DNA of 64,000 bases from an uncultured Spirochaetota bacterium (GCA_944390005.1 CALXOJ010000003.1:175329-239328), one strand, 5' to 3'; shown: positions 44,166 through 54,328, counted from the first letter of the stretch. Notes: generated by a model from the sequence alone, not told the origin. Program-made: numbers and translations.

Positions 44166-44922
44166 AATTTTATACACAAGCCCGAAATCGGTTCGGGATG
44201 TTAAAAGTCATTACTGTCCCGGATGCGGACACGGAATCGTTCATAAACTCATCGGCGAATGTCTGGATGAAATGAACTGCCGGGAAAAAACCATTCTGGT
44301 TGCTCCGGTCGGCTGCGCTGTTTTGGCGTACAACTACATTGATGTCGACGGCATTGAAGCTCCGCACGGAAGAGCGCCCGCTGTTGCGACCGGCGTCAAA
44401 CGCGCACAAAAAGATAAGCTGGTTATCAGTTACCAGGGCGACGGCGATTTGCTGGCTATCGGAACAGCCGAAACCATCCATGCTGCCAACCGAGGAGAGA
44501 ACATCACCGTAATTTTCATTAACAACGCGATTTACGGCATGACCGGCGGGCAAATGGCGCCGACGACAATGGAAGGGCAGGTGACAAAAACCACTCCGTA
44601 CGGCCGCGATGTTCACGACGTCGGTTACCCAATTCGCGCCTGTGAACTGCTGAATACGCTGGTGGCGCCGTATTACATTGAGCGGGTGTCGGTTCACGAT
44701 GTGCCGCACATTGTTAAAGCCAAAAAAGCGATTCGCCGCGCGCTGCAGAATCAAATTGACGGAAAAGGGTACTCGTTTATCGAAGTTCTTTCTATGTGTC
44801 CGACTAACTGGGGCGTTGATGCACAGACCGGCGCCGACTGGGTTCGCGACGTTATGCAGCCGTATTACCCGCTGGGGGTTTTTCGCGACAAAGATGCGGA
44901 GGAGGCTTCCCGTGTACAGTGA
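44155..44922 (+). CDS. korB: 2-oxoacid:ferredoxin oxidoreductase beta subunit (TPP-binding)
   Basis: TPP-binding GDGD motif (YQGDGDLLAIG). Conserved Cys near the N-terminus (HYCPGCGHG). Confidence 0.85.
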   Translation: MADKILYTSPKSVRDVKSHYCPGCGHGIVHKLIGECLDEMNCREKTILVAPVGCAVLAYNYIDVDGIEAPHGRAPAVATGVKRAQKDKLVISYQGDGDLLAIGTAETIHAANRGENITVIFINNAIYGMTGGQMAPTTMEGQVTKTTPYGRDVHDVGYPIRACELLNTLVAPYYIERVSVHDVPHIVKAKKAIRRALQNQIDGKGYSFIEVLSMCPTNWGVDAQTGADWVRDVMQPYYPLGVFRDKDAEEASRVQ

Positions 44923-45451
44923 AATTTTATTTGCCGGATTCGGCGGACAGGGTGTTATTTTAGCCGGGAAAATTTTGTGTATTGCCGCTATGCATGACGG
45001 CAAAAACGTTTCTCATATTCCTTCTTACGGGGCGGAGATGAGAGGCGGAACGGCAAACTGCTGCGTCGTTATCTCCGATGGACTGATTGCTTCACCGGTG
45101 ACGCCGAAGTACGATATTGCTGTTGTTATGAACACGCCGTCGTTGCTGAAATTTGAGAGCGCCGTACGGCCGGGTGGAAAATTGTTGGTCAACAGCTCTC
45201 TCATTGACGTTGAACCGACGCGGACCGATATTGAAATCATCAAAGTTGACGCCAACGACATCTCTGAGAAGGCCGGATCTCATAAAGCCGCCAACATGGC
45301 TATGTTGGGGAAACTGATTGCCGTCGAACCGGAGCTTTGTTCGCCCGAATCGCTTTACGCCGCATTGGATGTGGCTATTTCGGAGCGCAACCGGAAGTTC
45401 AATCCCGTCAACATCGCCGTTATGAAAATTGGCGGAGGAATTGACGTTTAA
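44912..45451 (+). CDS. korC: 2-oxoacid:ferredoxin oxidoreductase gamma subunit
   Basis: A GTG start at 44912 is preceded by GGAGGAGG. The N-terminus is M(V)YSEILFAGFGGQGV. The longer ORF from 44678 is an out-of-context extension. Confidence 0.7.
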   Translation: MYSEILFAGFGGQGVILAGKILCIAAMHDGKNVSHIPSYGAEMRGGTANCCVVISDGLIASPVTPKYDIAVVMNTPSLLKFESAVRPGGKLLVNSSLIDVEPTRTDIEIIKVDANDISEKAGSHKAANMAMLGKLIAVEPELCSPESLYAALDVAISERNRKFNPVNIAVMKIGGGIDV

Positions 45452-46035
45452 GGCGAAAGAATGTAGTTTTTAAACGCAATCAGTCGGTTCCGCAGCGACT
45501 GTTCCGTTCGTTTTTTTGAAATGATGCGAATCGGATCGCGGGCCAATCCGAGACACTCGACCGAGAGTCGGGTGTCTTTTTTTTTGATATTCAGAACAAT
45601 CTCCAACGCGCCCTCTGCTGCGGCTTCGATTCCGATAAACCGAATCGGCGTGATGCTCGTCATCTTCATCGAAAGGACGCCGTCTGTACAGATGATTTCT
45701 CCTGCCCATTTCATATCTCCAAAAGAGGCGTCTTTCAGGAAAAGCTCAAACTCATAACGCGGAGCGTAAGCTTCACCGCTGTCAGGCAGCGGCGGTTCGA
45801 TCGAAAGGAGGGCGGCTTCTTCAAACAAAATGCGTTCCTTTTTTCGCCGTTCGGAGTAGTAAGTCATGGTTGTAAACGACGGCACGTCGGTCAGTTTTTC
45901 GATAACGCGGTTCAAATCGGCGGATGACGCAGTCTCTCCTGTTTCTCTGACGGAAAGATACGGCTGTTCGGCGTCTTGAGCGGAGAGTGAAACACCGCAG
46001 AAAACGAGAAAGATTGACAATAACGATTTTCTCAT
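45448..46035 (-). CDS. hypothetical secreted protein
   Basis: Signal peptide MRKSLLSIFLVFCGVSLSAQ. 195 aa with no recognised motifs. Convergent with korC. Confidence 0.5.
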   Translation of the reverse strand: MRKSLLSIFLVFCGVSLSAQDAEQPYLSVRETGETASSADLNRVIEKLTDVPSFTTMTYYSERRKKERILFEEAALLSIEPPLPDSGEAYAPRYEFELFLKDASFGDMKWAGEIICTDGVLSMKMTSITPIRFIGIEAAAEGALEIVLNIKKKDTRLSVECLGLARDPIRIISKKRTEQSLRNRLIAFKNYILSP

Positions 46036-46072
46036 ATAAAATAATTTATATCACAAACGAGGTTCGGTCAAG

Positions 46073-47158
46073 ATGCAAATTGCTTTTACCGGAGGCGGTA
46101 CCGGCGGTCACGTGTTCCCGGGAATTGCCGTCATTAATGCGCTGGAAAACTCCGGTATCGGAAAAGACGCTTTTGTGTGGATTGGTTCAGGTAAGGGAAT
46201 CGAAAAGGAGATTGTTTCCCGTTTCGGTTATCGTTACCGTTCGATTCCGTCGGGTAAATGGCGCCGCTATTTCTCTATCGCTAACTTCTTCGATTTGTTT
46301 AAAATTTTTGCCGGATTTGTTAAAGTCTTTTTTCTGTTTTTATTTCACCGTCCTGTTTTGCTTTTTTCGAAGGGCGGATACGTCTCGGTGCCGCCGGTGT
46401 GGGCGGCGCATCTTCTGCGCATCCCGGTTTTGACGCACGAGTCGGATTTGACGCCCGGTTTGGCGACGCGGCTGAACGCCCGTTTTTCCGATAAGATTTT
46501 TGTTCCTTATGAAGAGACAAAAAATGCTCTGAAAAAATACGGAGCGAAAGTGGTCGTTTCGGGAAATCCGGTGAGGCCGGAGATTTTCCGCGGAGACGCT
46601 GCCAAAGGACGGAAAATCTCCGGTGCGCCCGACGGCGTACCGCTGATCTTGGTTTCCGGCGGCAGTCAGGGGGCGGCCGTTATCAACGCGGCTGTCGTCA
46701 ACGCTCTCGACAGGTTGTGTGCGCAGGCGTTTGTCGTTCATCAAACCGGTTCTTCGGGAGAGGAGATTGCGCATTCGAATTATTTCTCTCGTCCTTTTTT
46801 TCACGAAGAATTTCCTCATTTGCTGGCAGCCGCCGATGTTACCGTTTGCCGCGCCGGAGCCGGAACATTGTGGGAGAACGGAGTGACCGGAACTCCGGCG
46901 GTACTGATTCCGCTGGGGCACGGTACGAGAGGCGATCAAGCCGTTAATGCGCGTCTTTTTGAACAGCACGGCGCGGCGGTTGTCGTAACTGAAGATGAGC
47001 TTTCTAATCCGGAGTGGGTGAAAGCCGTCGAATCGCTTCTTTTGTCGCCGAATTTAAAAGAAAATATGAGCCGTGCCGCCCGCGAGCTTTGCCGTCCCGA
47101 TGCGGCGGAGTTTTTGGCTGCCGAGATTCAATCGGTTCTGAAAAGGAGAAAAAAATGA
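46073..47158 (+). CDS. murG: UDP-N-acetylglucosamine--N-acetylmuramyl-(pentapeptide) pyrophosphoryl-undecaprenol N-acetylglucosamine transferase MurG
   Basis: MQIAFTGGGTGGHVFPGIAVINAL G-loop 1, and the GT-B C-terminal motif (VSGGSQGA...). Confidence 0.9.
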   Translation: MQIAFTGGGTGGHVFPGIAVINALENSGIGKDAFVWIGSGKGIEKEIVSRFGYRYRSIPSGKWRRYFSIANFFDLFKIFAGFVKVFFLFLFHRPVLLFSKGGYVSVPPVWAAHLLRIPVLTHESDLTPGLATRLNARFSDKIFVPYEETKNALKKYGAKVVVSGNPVRPEIFRGDAAKGRKISGAPDGVPLILVSGGSQGAAVINAAVVNALDRLCAQAFVVHQTGSSGEEIAHSNYFSRPFFHEEFPHLLAAADVTVCRAGAGTLWENGVTGTPAVLIPLGHGTRGDQAVNARLFEQHGAAVVVTEDELSNPEWVKAVESLLLSPNLKENMSRAARELCRPDAAEFLAAEIQSVLKRRKK

Positions 47159-47688
47159 CAGGATTCAATCTTCTCGATATTGTATTTGCGGTTCTTCTTT
47201 GCGTTTTTATTTTCCGCGGCATCCGTAACGGAATCATCAAAGAGGTCGGAATGATCGCGGCTCTGGTTTTGGGGCTGCTGTGCGCCTATCTTTTTTTTCA
47301 GCCGGTGGCGCAGCTGTTCATTTCATGGGGATTGAAATTTGCCGCTCCCGTGGCGGCGTTCGCCGCCGTATTTGCCGCGACTTACTTGGTGGTTACGATA
47401 GCGGCTCATTTTCTGAAAACGCTTGTTGACAAAATTCAGTTGGGATCTTTGGATCATATTTTCGGCGGCGCTCTCGGATTTCTGGAAGGATTTATCATTG
47501 TTTACGTTTTCATGGTTCTGATTACCCTTCAGCCTCTTCAGGGGCTGAAAGAAATGCTGGACGCTTCGTTTTCAAAAAACATTGTCGACAATAACCTCTA
47601 CAGCCTGACAGCCTATCTGGATGAGGTTTACCGCCGTCTTGTCGAAACGGTTTCGGATGCGGTTGCGGAGAAACCGGCCGATGTTTGA
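47155..47688 (+). CDS. cvpA: CvpA family membrane protein
   Basis: Start ATG 47155 overlaps the murG stop (ATGA). About 4 TM helices (MTGFNLLDIVFAVLLCVFIFRGIRNGIIKEVG...), typical of CvpA. Confidence 0.7.
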   Translation: MTGFNLLDIVFAVLLCVFIFRGIRNGIIKEVGMIAALVLGLLCAYLFFQPVAQLFISWGLKFAAPVAAFAAVFAATYLVVTIAAHFLKTLVDKIQLGSLDHIFGGALGFLEGFIIVYVFMVLITLQPLQGLKEMLDASFSKNIVDNNLYSLTAYLDEVYRRLVETVSDAVAEKPADV

Positions 47689-48874
47689 GAACATCATCGG
47701 CAATCGATCGATTGCTGCGCGGCTCGAACGGGAAATTCGGACAGGAACGCCTGCGCATGCTATGCTCTTTGTCGGAAACGATTTCTCCGGAAAAATATCG
47801 TGTGCATTAGAAACAGCACGGGCGTTAAACTGCTCGGAGGGCGGCGAATGGAACTGCGGCTGCCGTTCCTGTGTTCAATCCCGTTTTTTGAAAAATCCAT
47901 ATCTATTTTTAACCGGTCCGTACTCCGATTTTTACGAAATTCGCCTGACTGCCGAACTCCTGAAAAACCGCGGCGATCTTTCTTCGCTGATTAAATTCGT
48001 CCGCGCTCTGCGGAAGCTGGCAATGCGGTTCGATAGCCGTATTTTAACCGAAGAAGATGCGAAAAAAATCGATAAAGAAGCGTTGCTGTCTATCGGAACG
48101 GGAGCGGAACGGTTGATTGTCGGTGATTTTTCTTCCGAAGAGCAGCGGCTTTTGCAAATCGATGAAGCGGTTACGGCGGCGGAGAGACTTGCTTCGCAGG
48201 CGCCTGCTTCCTTTTCCGTTCATGCGGTACGCAATCTGATTTCCGAATCGTACATCGGCACAGAGGGAAAGAAGATTATTATTATCGAAGCGGCCGATAC
48301 GCTCTCGGTCGCCTCTTCGAATGCGCTGTTGAAAATTTTGGAAGAACCGCCGGTCGATACGTATTTCATTTTGACGGCGGTTCGTCAAAGCGCCGTTTTG
48401 CCGACGGTGCTGTCGCGGCTGCGTATTTATGCCTTTTCCGACCGCAGTCGGGAAGAGGATCGGCTGCTGCTTAAACTCTTTTTCGGATACGAAGGCGAAC
48501 TTTCCCTTGGTGATTTTATCTTGAAACATTCAGGAACGAATTTGGAGGAGATCAATGCGGCGGTTGACGATTTTTTTGCGGCGTTGATTGACGAAAACGG
48601 ATGGAAGCGTTTTTACTCTGTTGCGCTGTTTAAAACTTCAGATCGACGGCTGTTTACGCTTTTCTGGCGGCGGTTGTCGCAAACCGCCGCTTCCCGTTTT
48701 GCGGCAGAGATAAAAACGGATCCTGTGAGGCAGATGCTATACGCCCGAATTCAGCGTGTCCTGAATGAGGGATTGACAGCGCTGACGGAGGCGCATCAAT
48801 CGCCCGAAGCGGTCGCCGAAACCTCCTTTATCAAAATTAAAAAAATTCTTTCGGATCGGGAGTCGTCGGCATGA
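47681..48874 (+). CDS. holB: DNA polymerase III delta' subunit-like clamp-loader protein
   Basis: AAA+ degenerate P-loop (HAMLFVGNDFSGK). Zinc-module Cys cluster (CSEGGEWNCGCRSC). Arginine-finger SRL region (LPTVLSRL). Overlaps cvpA stop. Confidence 0.7.
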   Translation: MFENIIGNRSIAARLEREIRTGTPAHAMLFVGNDFSGKISCALETARALNCSEGGEWNCGCRSCVQSRFLKNPYLFLTGPYSDFYEIRLTAELLKNRGDLSSLIKFVRALRKLAMRFDSRILTEEDAKKIDKEALLSIGTGAERLIVGDFSSEEQRLLQIDEAVTAAERLASQAPASFSVHAVRNLISESYIGTEGKKIIIIEAADTLSVASSNALLKILEEPPVDTYFILTAVRQSAVLPTVLSRLRIYAFSDRSREEDRLLLKLFFGYEGELSLGDFILKHSGTNLEEINAAVDDFFAALIDENGWKRFYSVALFKTSDRRLFTLFWRRLSQTAASRFAAEIKTDPVRQMLYARIQRVLNEGLTALTEAHQSPEAVAETSFIKIKKILSDRESSA

Positions 48875-50031
48875 GTTCGTTTTATCAAAAAGCCCTTGGA
48901 AAGGCGGAGCAGTCGCCCGAAAAGCTGATGACGGTGGCCCGTTCAATGCTTGACCGCTGTCGGCTGGCAGGGACGGTTTTCGCTTCGCTTTCGACAGCGT
49001 TGATTGTTTTTGATAAAGATGGTTCGATAGTTGATTTTAATCGGCAGGCTCAACGATTTTTTCCTGCACTGAAAACAAGAGTAAAAAGTATGGAGACCGT
49101 TTTTACGCTCTCTGATTTGGCAAAGTTTTTCAAAGAGACTCTTTCCGGAGAGCTCAGTTATCAGTGCCGTTCATTCTCCGTCCGCAGGGAAGGGGAGACT
49201 CCCGTCGTTTTGGAAGTGCTGTGTGATCCTTGGATCGAAGACGGAAAGATTCTCGGCATGGTGGCGCAAATCCGCGATATTTCTGAGCGGGAGTCGGAAC
49301 AGAAAAAAAACGACGTCACTGAGCGCCTCAATTCGTTGGTCTCCATGACGGCGGCAGTTGCACATGAAATCAAAAATCCGTTGGGAGCCATGTCGCTTTA
49401 CGTCGATATTCTCAAAAAACGGATGAACAAGCTTTCTCTTGACGATGAAAAACTGAAGGAGTGCTCTGACGTTCTTTCTGAAGAGATTGAGCGGCTGAAC
49501 GCAGTTGTCTCTTCGTTTCTGATGACGCTGCGGCCGCTGGATTTATCCTCAGAACCTGTTTCTCTGTCCGTCGTGGCGGAAGATGTGCTTCGTCTGGTTC
49601 GTTACGATTTGGAGAAGCACCGCATCGAGGCGGTTTTAAAAAAAGAGGATGATGTTCCCGCAGTCATCATCGATGTCAATAAAATGAAACAGGTGCTGCT
49701 GAATTTGATTAATAATTCGATGCACGCTATGCCGGACGGAGGCCGTTTAACGCTGTCGTTAGCGGTCCGCGACGATCGGGTTGCCTTGTCGGTGGCTGAT
49801 ACGGGCAAAGGAATTCCGGAACGGTTGCTGCCGCGGGTTTTCGATCCCTATTTTACGACGTCGGCATCGGGAACGGGTTTGGGGCTGACAATCGTTTATC
49901 AAATCATGAAGAGTCACGGCGGAGGCATCGCTGTTGACTCCGAAGAGGGGCGCGGAACTGTCTTTACGCTTTTCTTCCCGATTCCGCAGAAAGAAATTTC
50001 GCTGATTCCCGGAGAGTGCTCATGCCGGTGA
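48871..50031 (+). CDS. sensor histidine kinase (PAS-like sensor + HisKA + HATPase_c), NtrB/AtoS-type
   Basis: H-box MTAAVAHEIKNPL, N-box LLNLINNSMHAM and G-boxes (DTGKGIP; GTGLGL). No TM segments, so cytoplasmic. Overlaps holB stop by 4 nt. Confidence 0.8.
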   Translation: MSSFYQKALGKAEQSPEKLMTVARSMLDRCRLAGTVFASLSTALIVFDKDGSIVDFNRQAQRFFPALKTRVKSMETVFTLSDLAKFFKETLSGELSYQCRSFSVRREGETPVVLEVLCDPWIEDGKILGMVAQIRDISERESEQKKNDVTERLNSLVSMTAAVAHEIKNPLGAMSLYVDILKKRMNKLSLDDEKLKECSDVLSEEIERLNAVVSSFLMTLRPLDLSSEPVSLSVVAEDVLRLVRYDLEKHRIEAVLKKEDDVPAVIIDVNKMKQVLLNLINNSMHAMPDGGRLTLSLAVRDDRVALSVADTGKGIPERLLPRVFDPYFTTSASGTGLGLTIVYQIMKSHGGGIAVDSEEGRGTVFTLFFPIPQKEISLIPGECSCR

Positions 50032-51389
50032 TTTTGATTGTTGACGACGAAAAAAACATCCGTTCGGGATTACGTTCTCTGTTGGAGGATGAAAATTACG
50101 ATGTGCTTGAGGCGGCTGACGGCGAAACGGGACTGAAAATTTTAAAAACGACCCCCGTCGACGCTGTTATCAGCGATTTGCGATTGCCCGGTATCGGCGG
50201 CGAACAGGTTGTCGAGACCGTACATAAGATGTATCCGGCGATTCCGGTGATTGTACTGACCGGGCACGGCAGCGTCGACGCTGCCGTCGACTGCATGCGC
50301 AAAGGAGCTTACGATTTTTTAACCAAGCCTTTGAACTTTGACCGCCTGCTGCTTTTAATTGAGCGGAGTTTGGATAACCGCCGGCTTTTGACCAAACAGG
50401 CAGAGCTGACGAAAGAGTTGGAGCGGTTCAGGAAGCAGAACCGTTTTGAAAAATTAATCGGTCAAAGCGCGCCGATGCGTCATATCATGGAAATAATCGA
50501 ACAGGTGGCGCCGACCAAAGCGTCGGTACTGATTACCGGCGAAAGCGGCGTCGGGAAAGAGCTGGTCGCACAGGCGATACACGCTCTTTCCGATCGCAGC
50601 CGAAAAGAGATGATTTCGGTTCACTGCGCGGCTTTAAGTGAATCGCTGTTGGAAAGCGAGCTTTTCGGTCACGAAGAGGGCGCTTTCACCGGGGCGGTCT
50701 CCAAACGGAAAGGGCGGTTTGAGTTGGCTGACGGCGGTACTCTTTTTCTTGATGAAATCGGCGAAATCAACCAAAGCATTCAAATTAAGATTCTGCGGGT
50801 TCTTCAGGAACGATCGTTTGAGCGCGTCGGAGGAGAGAAGACGATTCACACCGATGTTCGGCTCATCGCCGCCACCAACCGCGATCTGCCGGAAGAAATC
50901 AAAAAAGGGAATTTCCGTGAAGATCTTTACTACCGGCTCAATGTGGTTTCGATTCATGTTCCGCCGCTTCGTGAACGCGCGGATGATATTCCTTTATTGG
51001 CGCTTTCGTTTTTGCGGGAGCTGAGCCGCGAAAACGGTAAAAAAATTGACGGATTCGATAAAAAAGCGCTGTCGGCGTTGTGCCGCTATCGGTGGCCGGG
51101 TAACGTGCGCGAACTTCGAAATGCGGTTGAAAGCGCCGTCGTTTTCTGCAAAGGTGCAGCGGTGAGTCTATCCGATTTGCCGCCGCAGATTCAGGGAGAG
51201 TCAGCGGGCGAAAGCGGAGTGGTGATTCCGCCGGGAACCTCGCTGTCCGACGCTGAAAAAGAGGTGATTCTGTATACGCTGTCGCAGTGCGGAGGCAACA
51301 AATCGAAAGCGGCGGAGGTGCTTCGAATCGGACGAAAAACCCTCCACCGTAAACTGACCGAATACGGAATCGGCGGCGCGGAAACCTAA
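50022..51389 (+). CDS. sigma-54-dependent Fis-family response regulator (REC + AAA+ sigma54 activator + HTH)
   Basis: REC domain (ILIVDDE...D at ISDLRLPG). Walker [15 protein letters not shown] motif and [16 protein letters not shown]-terminal Fis-type HTH. Confidence 0.85.
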   Translation: MPVILIVDDEKNIRSGLRSLLEDENYDVLEAADGETGLKILKTTPVDAVISDLRLPGIGGEQVVETVHKMYPAIPVIVLTGHGSVDAAVDCMRKGAYDFLTKPLNFDRLLLLIERSLDNRRLLTKQAELTKELERFRKQNRFEKLIGQSAPMRHIMEIIEQVAPTKASVLITGESGVGKELVAQAIHALSDRSRKEMISVHCAALSESLLESELFGHEEGAFTGAVSKRKGRFELADGGTLFLDEIGEINQSIQIKILRVLQERSFERVGGEKTIHTDVRLIAATNRDLPEEIKKGNFREDLYYRLNVVSIHVPPLRERADDIPLLALSFLRELSRENGKKIDGFDKKALSALCRYRWPGNVRELRNAVESAVVFCKGAAVSLSDLPPQIQGESAGESGVVIPPGTSLSDAEKEVILYTLSQCGGNKSKAAEVLRIGRKTLHRKLTEYGIGGAET

Positions 51390-52723
51390 CCGAAAAACGC
51401 TTTGTGGAGCGAAATAATCGCTTCGTTTAATTTTCCGTTTGGAACCAATGCGCTTAGATTGGTATCCGAAGCGCCGAGCGAAATCATCCGAATATTGGTG
51501 CCTTCCAAAGCGGCAAACGCCTTGGTAACGTTGCGCGAATCTTTCCAGATCCCTTTGCCGACCAGACAAACGATTGCTTTATCGGCCTCGACCGAAACCG
51601 AACCCAGTTTTTCCAGATCGGCGGTAATTTCCGCCAGTTTATCGGTTTTATTAATGGTCATTGAGACGGAAACTTCGCTGGTGGAAACCAAATCGACCGA
51701 TGTGTTGTGTTCGCGGAAAATCTCGAAAAGATTCGCTAAAAAGCCGACTGCGTTCATCATTCGTGACGAAACGACGGTCAGAAGCGTTACGTTTTTCTTT
51801 CCCGAAATTGCTTTCAACCCTTCGTAAGCGGTTTTCTCCGAGATGCGGGTAAAAATTCCCTCCGGATCGCGGGTATTGAGAACGGTAACAGGAATTTTTT
51901 TCGCGACGGCCGGCTGAATCGTTGCCGGATGGACGACTTTTGCTCCGAAAAATGCCAGCTCGGCGGCTTCTTCGTAGGAGATCTCGTTAACGGTCTTTGC
52001 TTCGGGGACCAATCGCGGATCGGTCGTCATAATACCGTTTACGTCCGTCCAGATTTGAATCTCCTCCGCATTAAGGATTGAACCGAAAACGGCGGCTGTA
52101 TAATCGGAACCGCCGCGGCCGAGGGTCGTTGTCAGTGAATTTGCATCGCTGCCGATGAACCCCTGTGCAATAAAGAGTTTGCCGGCGGCGGGAGTGACCG
52201 CTTTGCGGATGGCAGTCTCCGTTGCTTTAAAATCAACTGCCGCTTCTCCGTAAGTGCTGTCGGTTTTGATCAATTCACGGGAATCGAGCCAAACGGCATC
52301 AATTTTCCGCTCCCTTGCCCGCGCATGAAGCAAAACGGTTGAAAGAAGTTCCCCGCAGGAGACGACTGCATCGCAGCTTTGCGGTGTACATTCTTTCAAG
52401 TAGACGCAGCCGCGCAGAATCGAACGCAGTTCCGTCATGATTTCGTTAATGCGGGTAACGGCATAGTTGAGGTTTTGTCCTTTCAGAAATTCGTAAGCGC
52501 ATTTGATGTGACGTTCTTTAACGGCGTCAAGCAAAGAGGCAACCGCTTCGCCGTCTCCGGCAACTGCCGCATCAGCGGCGGCAATTAACGAATCGGTAAT
52601 CTTTGCCATTGCCGAAGAGATTAAAACCGGTGAACGTTCCAATCGCTCAAATGTGATGTCAAGAGCCCGATCCATGGCGGCGCTGTCCTGAACGGAGGTG
52701 CCGCCGAATTTCAGCACAATCAT
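51386..52723 (-). CDS. lysC: aspartate kinase
   Basis: N-terminal MIVLKFGGTSV. Amino-acid kinase fold. C-terminal ACT domains. Confidence 0.85.
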   Translation of the reverse strand: MIVLKFGGTSVQDSAAMDRALDITFERLERSPVLISSAMAKITDSLIAAADAAVAGDGEAVASLLDAVKERHIKCAYEFLKGQNLNYAVTRINEIMTELRSILRGCVYLKECTPQSCDAVVSCGELLSTVLLHARARERKIDAVWLDSRELIKTDSTYGEAAVDFKATETAIRKAVTPAAGKLFIAQGFIGSDANSLTTTLGRGGSDYTAAVFGSILNAEEIQIWTDVNGIMTTDPRLVPEAKTVNEISYEEAAELAFFGAKVVHPATIQPAVAKKIPVTVLNTRDPEGIFTRISEKTAYEGLKAISGKKNVTLLTVVSSRMMNAVGFLANLFEIFREHNTSVDLVSTSEVSVSMTINKTDKLAEITADLEKLGSVSVEADKAIVCLVGKGIWKDSRNVTKAFAALEGTNIRMISLGASDTNLSALVPNGKLNEAIISLHKAFFG

Positions 52724-53772
52724 TTTGCCTTCCCCTCATTCAAATAACCAAGCGCCACCAACGTCTCGGCATTCAGGATGGCGGCTCCGGCGGCGCCGCG
52801 TACCGTATTGTGCCCCATCACCGTCATCTTAATGTCGAAAAGCGGACACTGTCGGATACGACCGACACAGGCAGACATACCGTTTTCCTTCCACGCGTCG
52901 CGCGCCGGCTGCGGCCGATTCTCTTCCTCAAACACAAGAATCGGTTGTTTCGGTGCGAACGGCAGCTGTTTCTCCTGAGGAATCCCTTTAAACGCGCGCA
53001 GCGTCTCTTTAACCCGGTCAACCGTCGGCTTATTTTTGAATAAGATCGAAACCGATTCGGTGTGACCGTCAAATACAGGCACACGGTTGCAGTGAGCGCT
53101 GATAACAAACGGAGCGGGAATCAGTTCGCCGTCCTTCATTTCGGCAAGAATCTTTTGCGCCTCGCACTCCATCTTTGCCTCTTCGCCGCCGATGAAAGGA
53201 ATGACGTTTCCCAGAATATCCATGGAAGCGACACCGGGGTAACCGGCGCCCGAAACTGCCTGCATCGTCGTCACAAAAACCTTTTCGACGCCGAATGCCT
53301 TGTGAAGCGGCGCCAGCACCATTGCCAGAAACATGGTTGAGCAGTTGGAGTTGGTGATAATCGCGCCTTTGTACGGCTGCGCCTTGATCATTTCAAAGTG
53401 GTCGGAATTGACTTCCGGAATAATAATCGGGACGGTTTTGTCCATACGGTGGTTTTTTGAGTTGCTGATGACAAAGTGTCCCCGTTCGGCATACGCTTCT
53501 TCCGCCGGACCGGCAACCTCGGCGTCCATACCGGAAAAGAGAATACGGCTCTCCAATTTATCATCCGTTGTTTTAACAATCAAGTCTCCGACCGTTTCGG
53601 GAATAAACCGATCCTGTTTCCAGCTGACGGCTTCCCTGTACGGTTTTCCCGCACTGCGCAATGAAGCAACAAGTTCCCGCACTTCGAAAAATGGATGATT
53701 CTCCAATAAAGTGATGAATTTTTGACCGACCGTTCCGGTGGCGCCCAATACGGCAACCGAAATCTTTTCCAT
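52720..53772 (-). CDS. asd: aspartate-semialdehyde dehydrogenase
   Basis: MEKISVAVLGATGTVGQ NAD-binding motif. Catalytic Cys in SNCSTM. Overlaps lysC start, giving an asd-lysC operon. Start at ATG 53770-53772. Confidence 0.85.
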   Translation of the reverse strand: MEKISVAVLGATGTVGQKFITLLENHPFFEVRELVASLRSAGKPYREAVSWKQDRFIPETVGDLIVKTTDDKLESRILFSGMDAEVAGPAEEAYAERGHFVISNSKNHRMDKTVPIIIPEVNSDHFEMIKAQPYKGAIITNSNCSTMFLAMVLAPLHKAFGVEKVFVTTMQAVSGAGYPGVASMDILGNVIPFIGGEEAKMECEAQKILAEMKDGELIPAPFVISAHCNRVPVFDGHTESVSILFKNKPTVDRVKETLRAFKGIPQEKQLPFAPKQPILVFEEENRPQPARDAWKENGMSACVGRIRQCPLFDIKMTVMGHNTVRGAAGAAILNAETLVALGYLNEGKAK

Positions 53773-53794
53773 AGACTGCCTCCATTTTGTCTTT

Positions 53795-53822
53795 ATTGTA
53801 GCGAAAAAACGGAAAAAGTCAA
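53795..53822 (-). promoter_or_regulatory. putative promoter of asd-lysC (TTGACT-16-TACAAT on minus strand)
   Basis: Reverse complement shows TTGACT (53817-53822) and TACAAT (53795-53800), about 22 nt upstream of the asd ATG. Confidence 0.4.
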
Positions 53823-53850
53823 TCAACCGTTCTTTCGCGCTCGAAGATAC

Positions 53851-53880
53851 AAAAAAGGCTGCCGCAAACCGCGACAGCCG
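53851..53880 (-). terminator. putative terminator following tRNA-Pro(CGG)
   Basis: An imperfect GC hairpin is followed by U6 on the minus strand (A6 at 53851-53856 on +). Confidence 0.35.
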
Positions 53881-53883
53881 CTG

Positions 53884-53955
53884 TCGGAGTGGCGAGACTT
53901 GAACCCGCGACTTCTGCGTCCCGAACGCAGCGCGCTACCACTGCGCTACACCCCG
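53884..53955 (-). tRNA. tRNA-Pro (anticodon CGG)
   Basis: Hand-folded cloverleaf. Acceptor CGGGGUG/CACUCCG (one G-U). D-stem GCGC. Anticodon stem CTGCG/CGCAG with loop TTCGGGA. T-loop TTCAAGT. 72 nt, no encoded CCA. Confidence 0.8.
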
Positions 53956-54142
53956 AAATCATCGCCATTATATCCGAAACCGCGCTTTTAATCAAGCGGT
54001 TCAATGAAATTTTTATTTTTGGGCGTCCCGGCTTCGCCGTCGGCGCCCTCCGAGCTCGGTCTGCCCGCGCCTGCCGGCGGGCAGACGGCCTGCGGCCCTC
54101 TGCGGGCGCCTGACGCGCTTACGGCTGCGCTGCGCCCTCTTC

Positions 54143-54171
54143 TTGACAGAGATTCTTTCCTCACGTATAAT
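54143..54171 (+). promoter_or_regulatory. consensus sigma70 promoter (TTGACA-17-TATAAT) of FGE-like gene copy 1; identical copy at 55830-55858
   Basis: Perfect -35 and -10 hexamers with a 17-nt spacer. A ~150-nt leader follows, containing a UUCCCC-AA-GGGGAA hairpin and a U-run before the RBS GGAGG. Confidence 0.55.
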
Positions 54172-54328
54172 AAAATTATGAACGACGACAGAAGCAAGCA
54201 AGCAGTATCTTTATGTAACAAATCAGAAAAGTCCTCATTCGGTAACAAAGGGCGGTGTTTTCCCCAAGGGGAAATGCCGTCTTTTTTTATATTCCCACAA
54301 ATTTATTAAAAAGATGGAGGAAAGAACG

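Noticed and set aside
53988-54309. Overlapping ORFs on both strands inside the duplicated upstream region (53988-54248 minus, 54004-54309 plus, and their copies at 55669-55996)
   Set aside because: They lie in the GC-rich promoter/leader of the duplicated unit. They overlap the consensus promoter and have Arg/Ala/Gly-rich composition typical of GC-rich noncoding translation.
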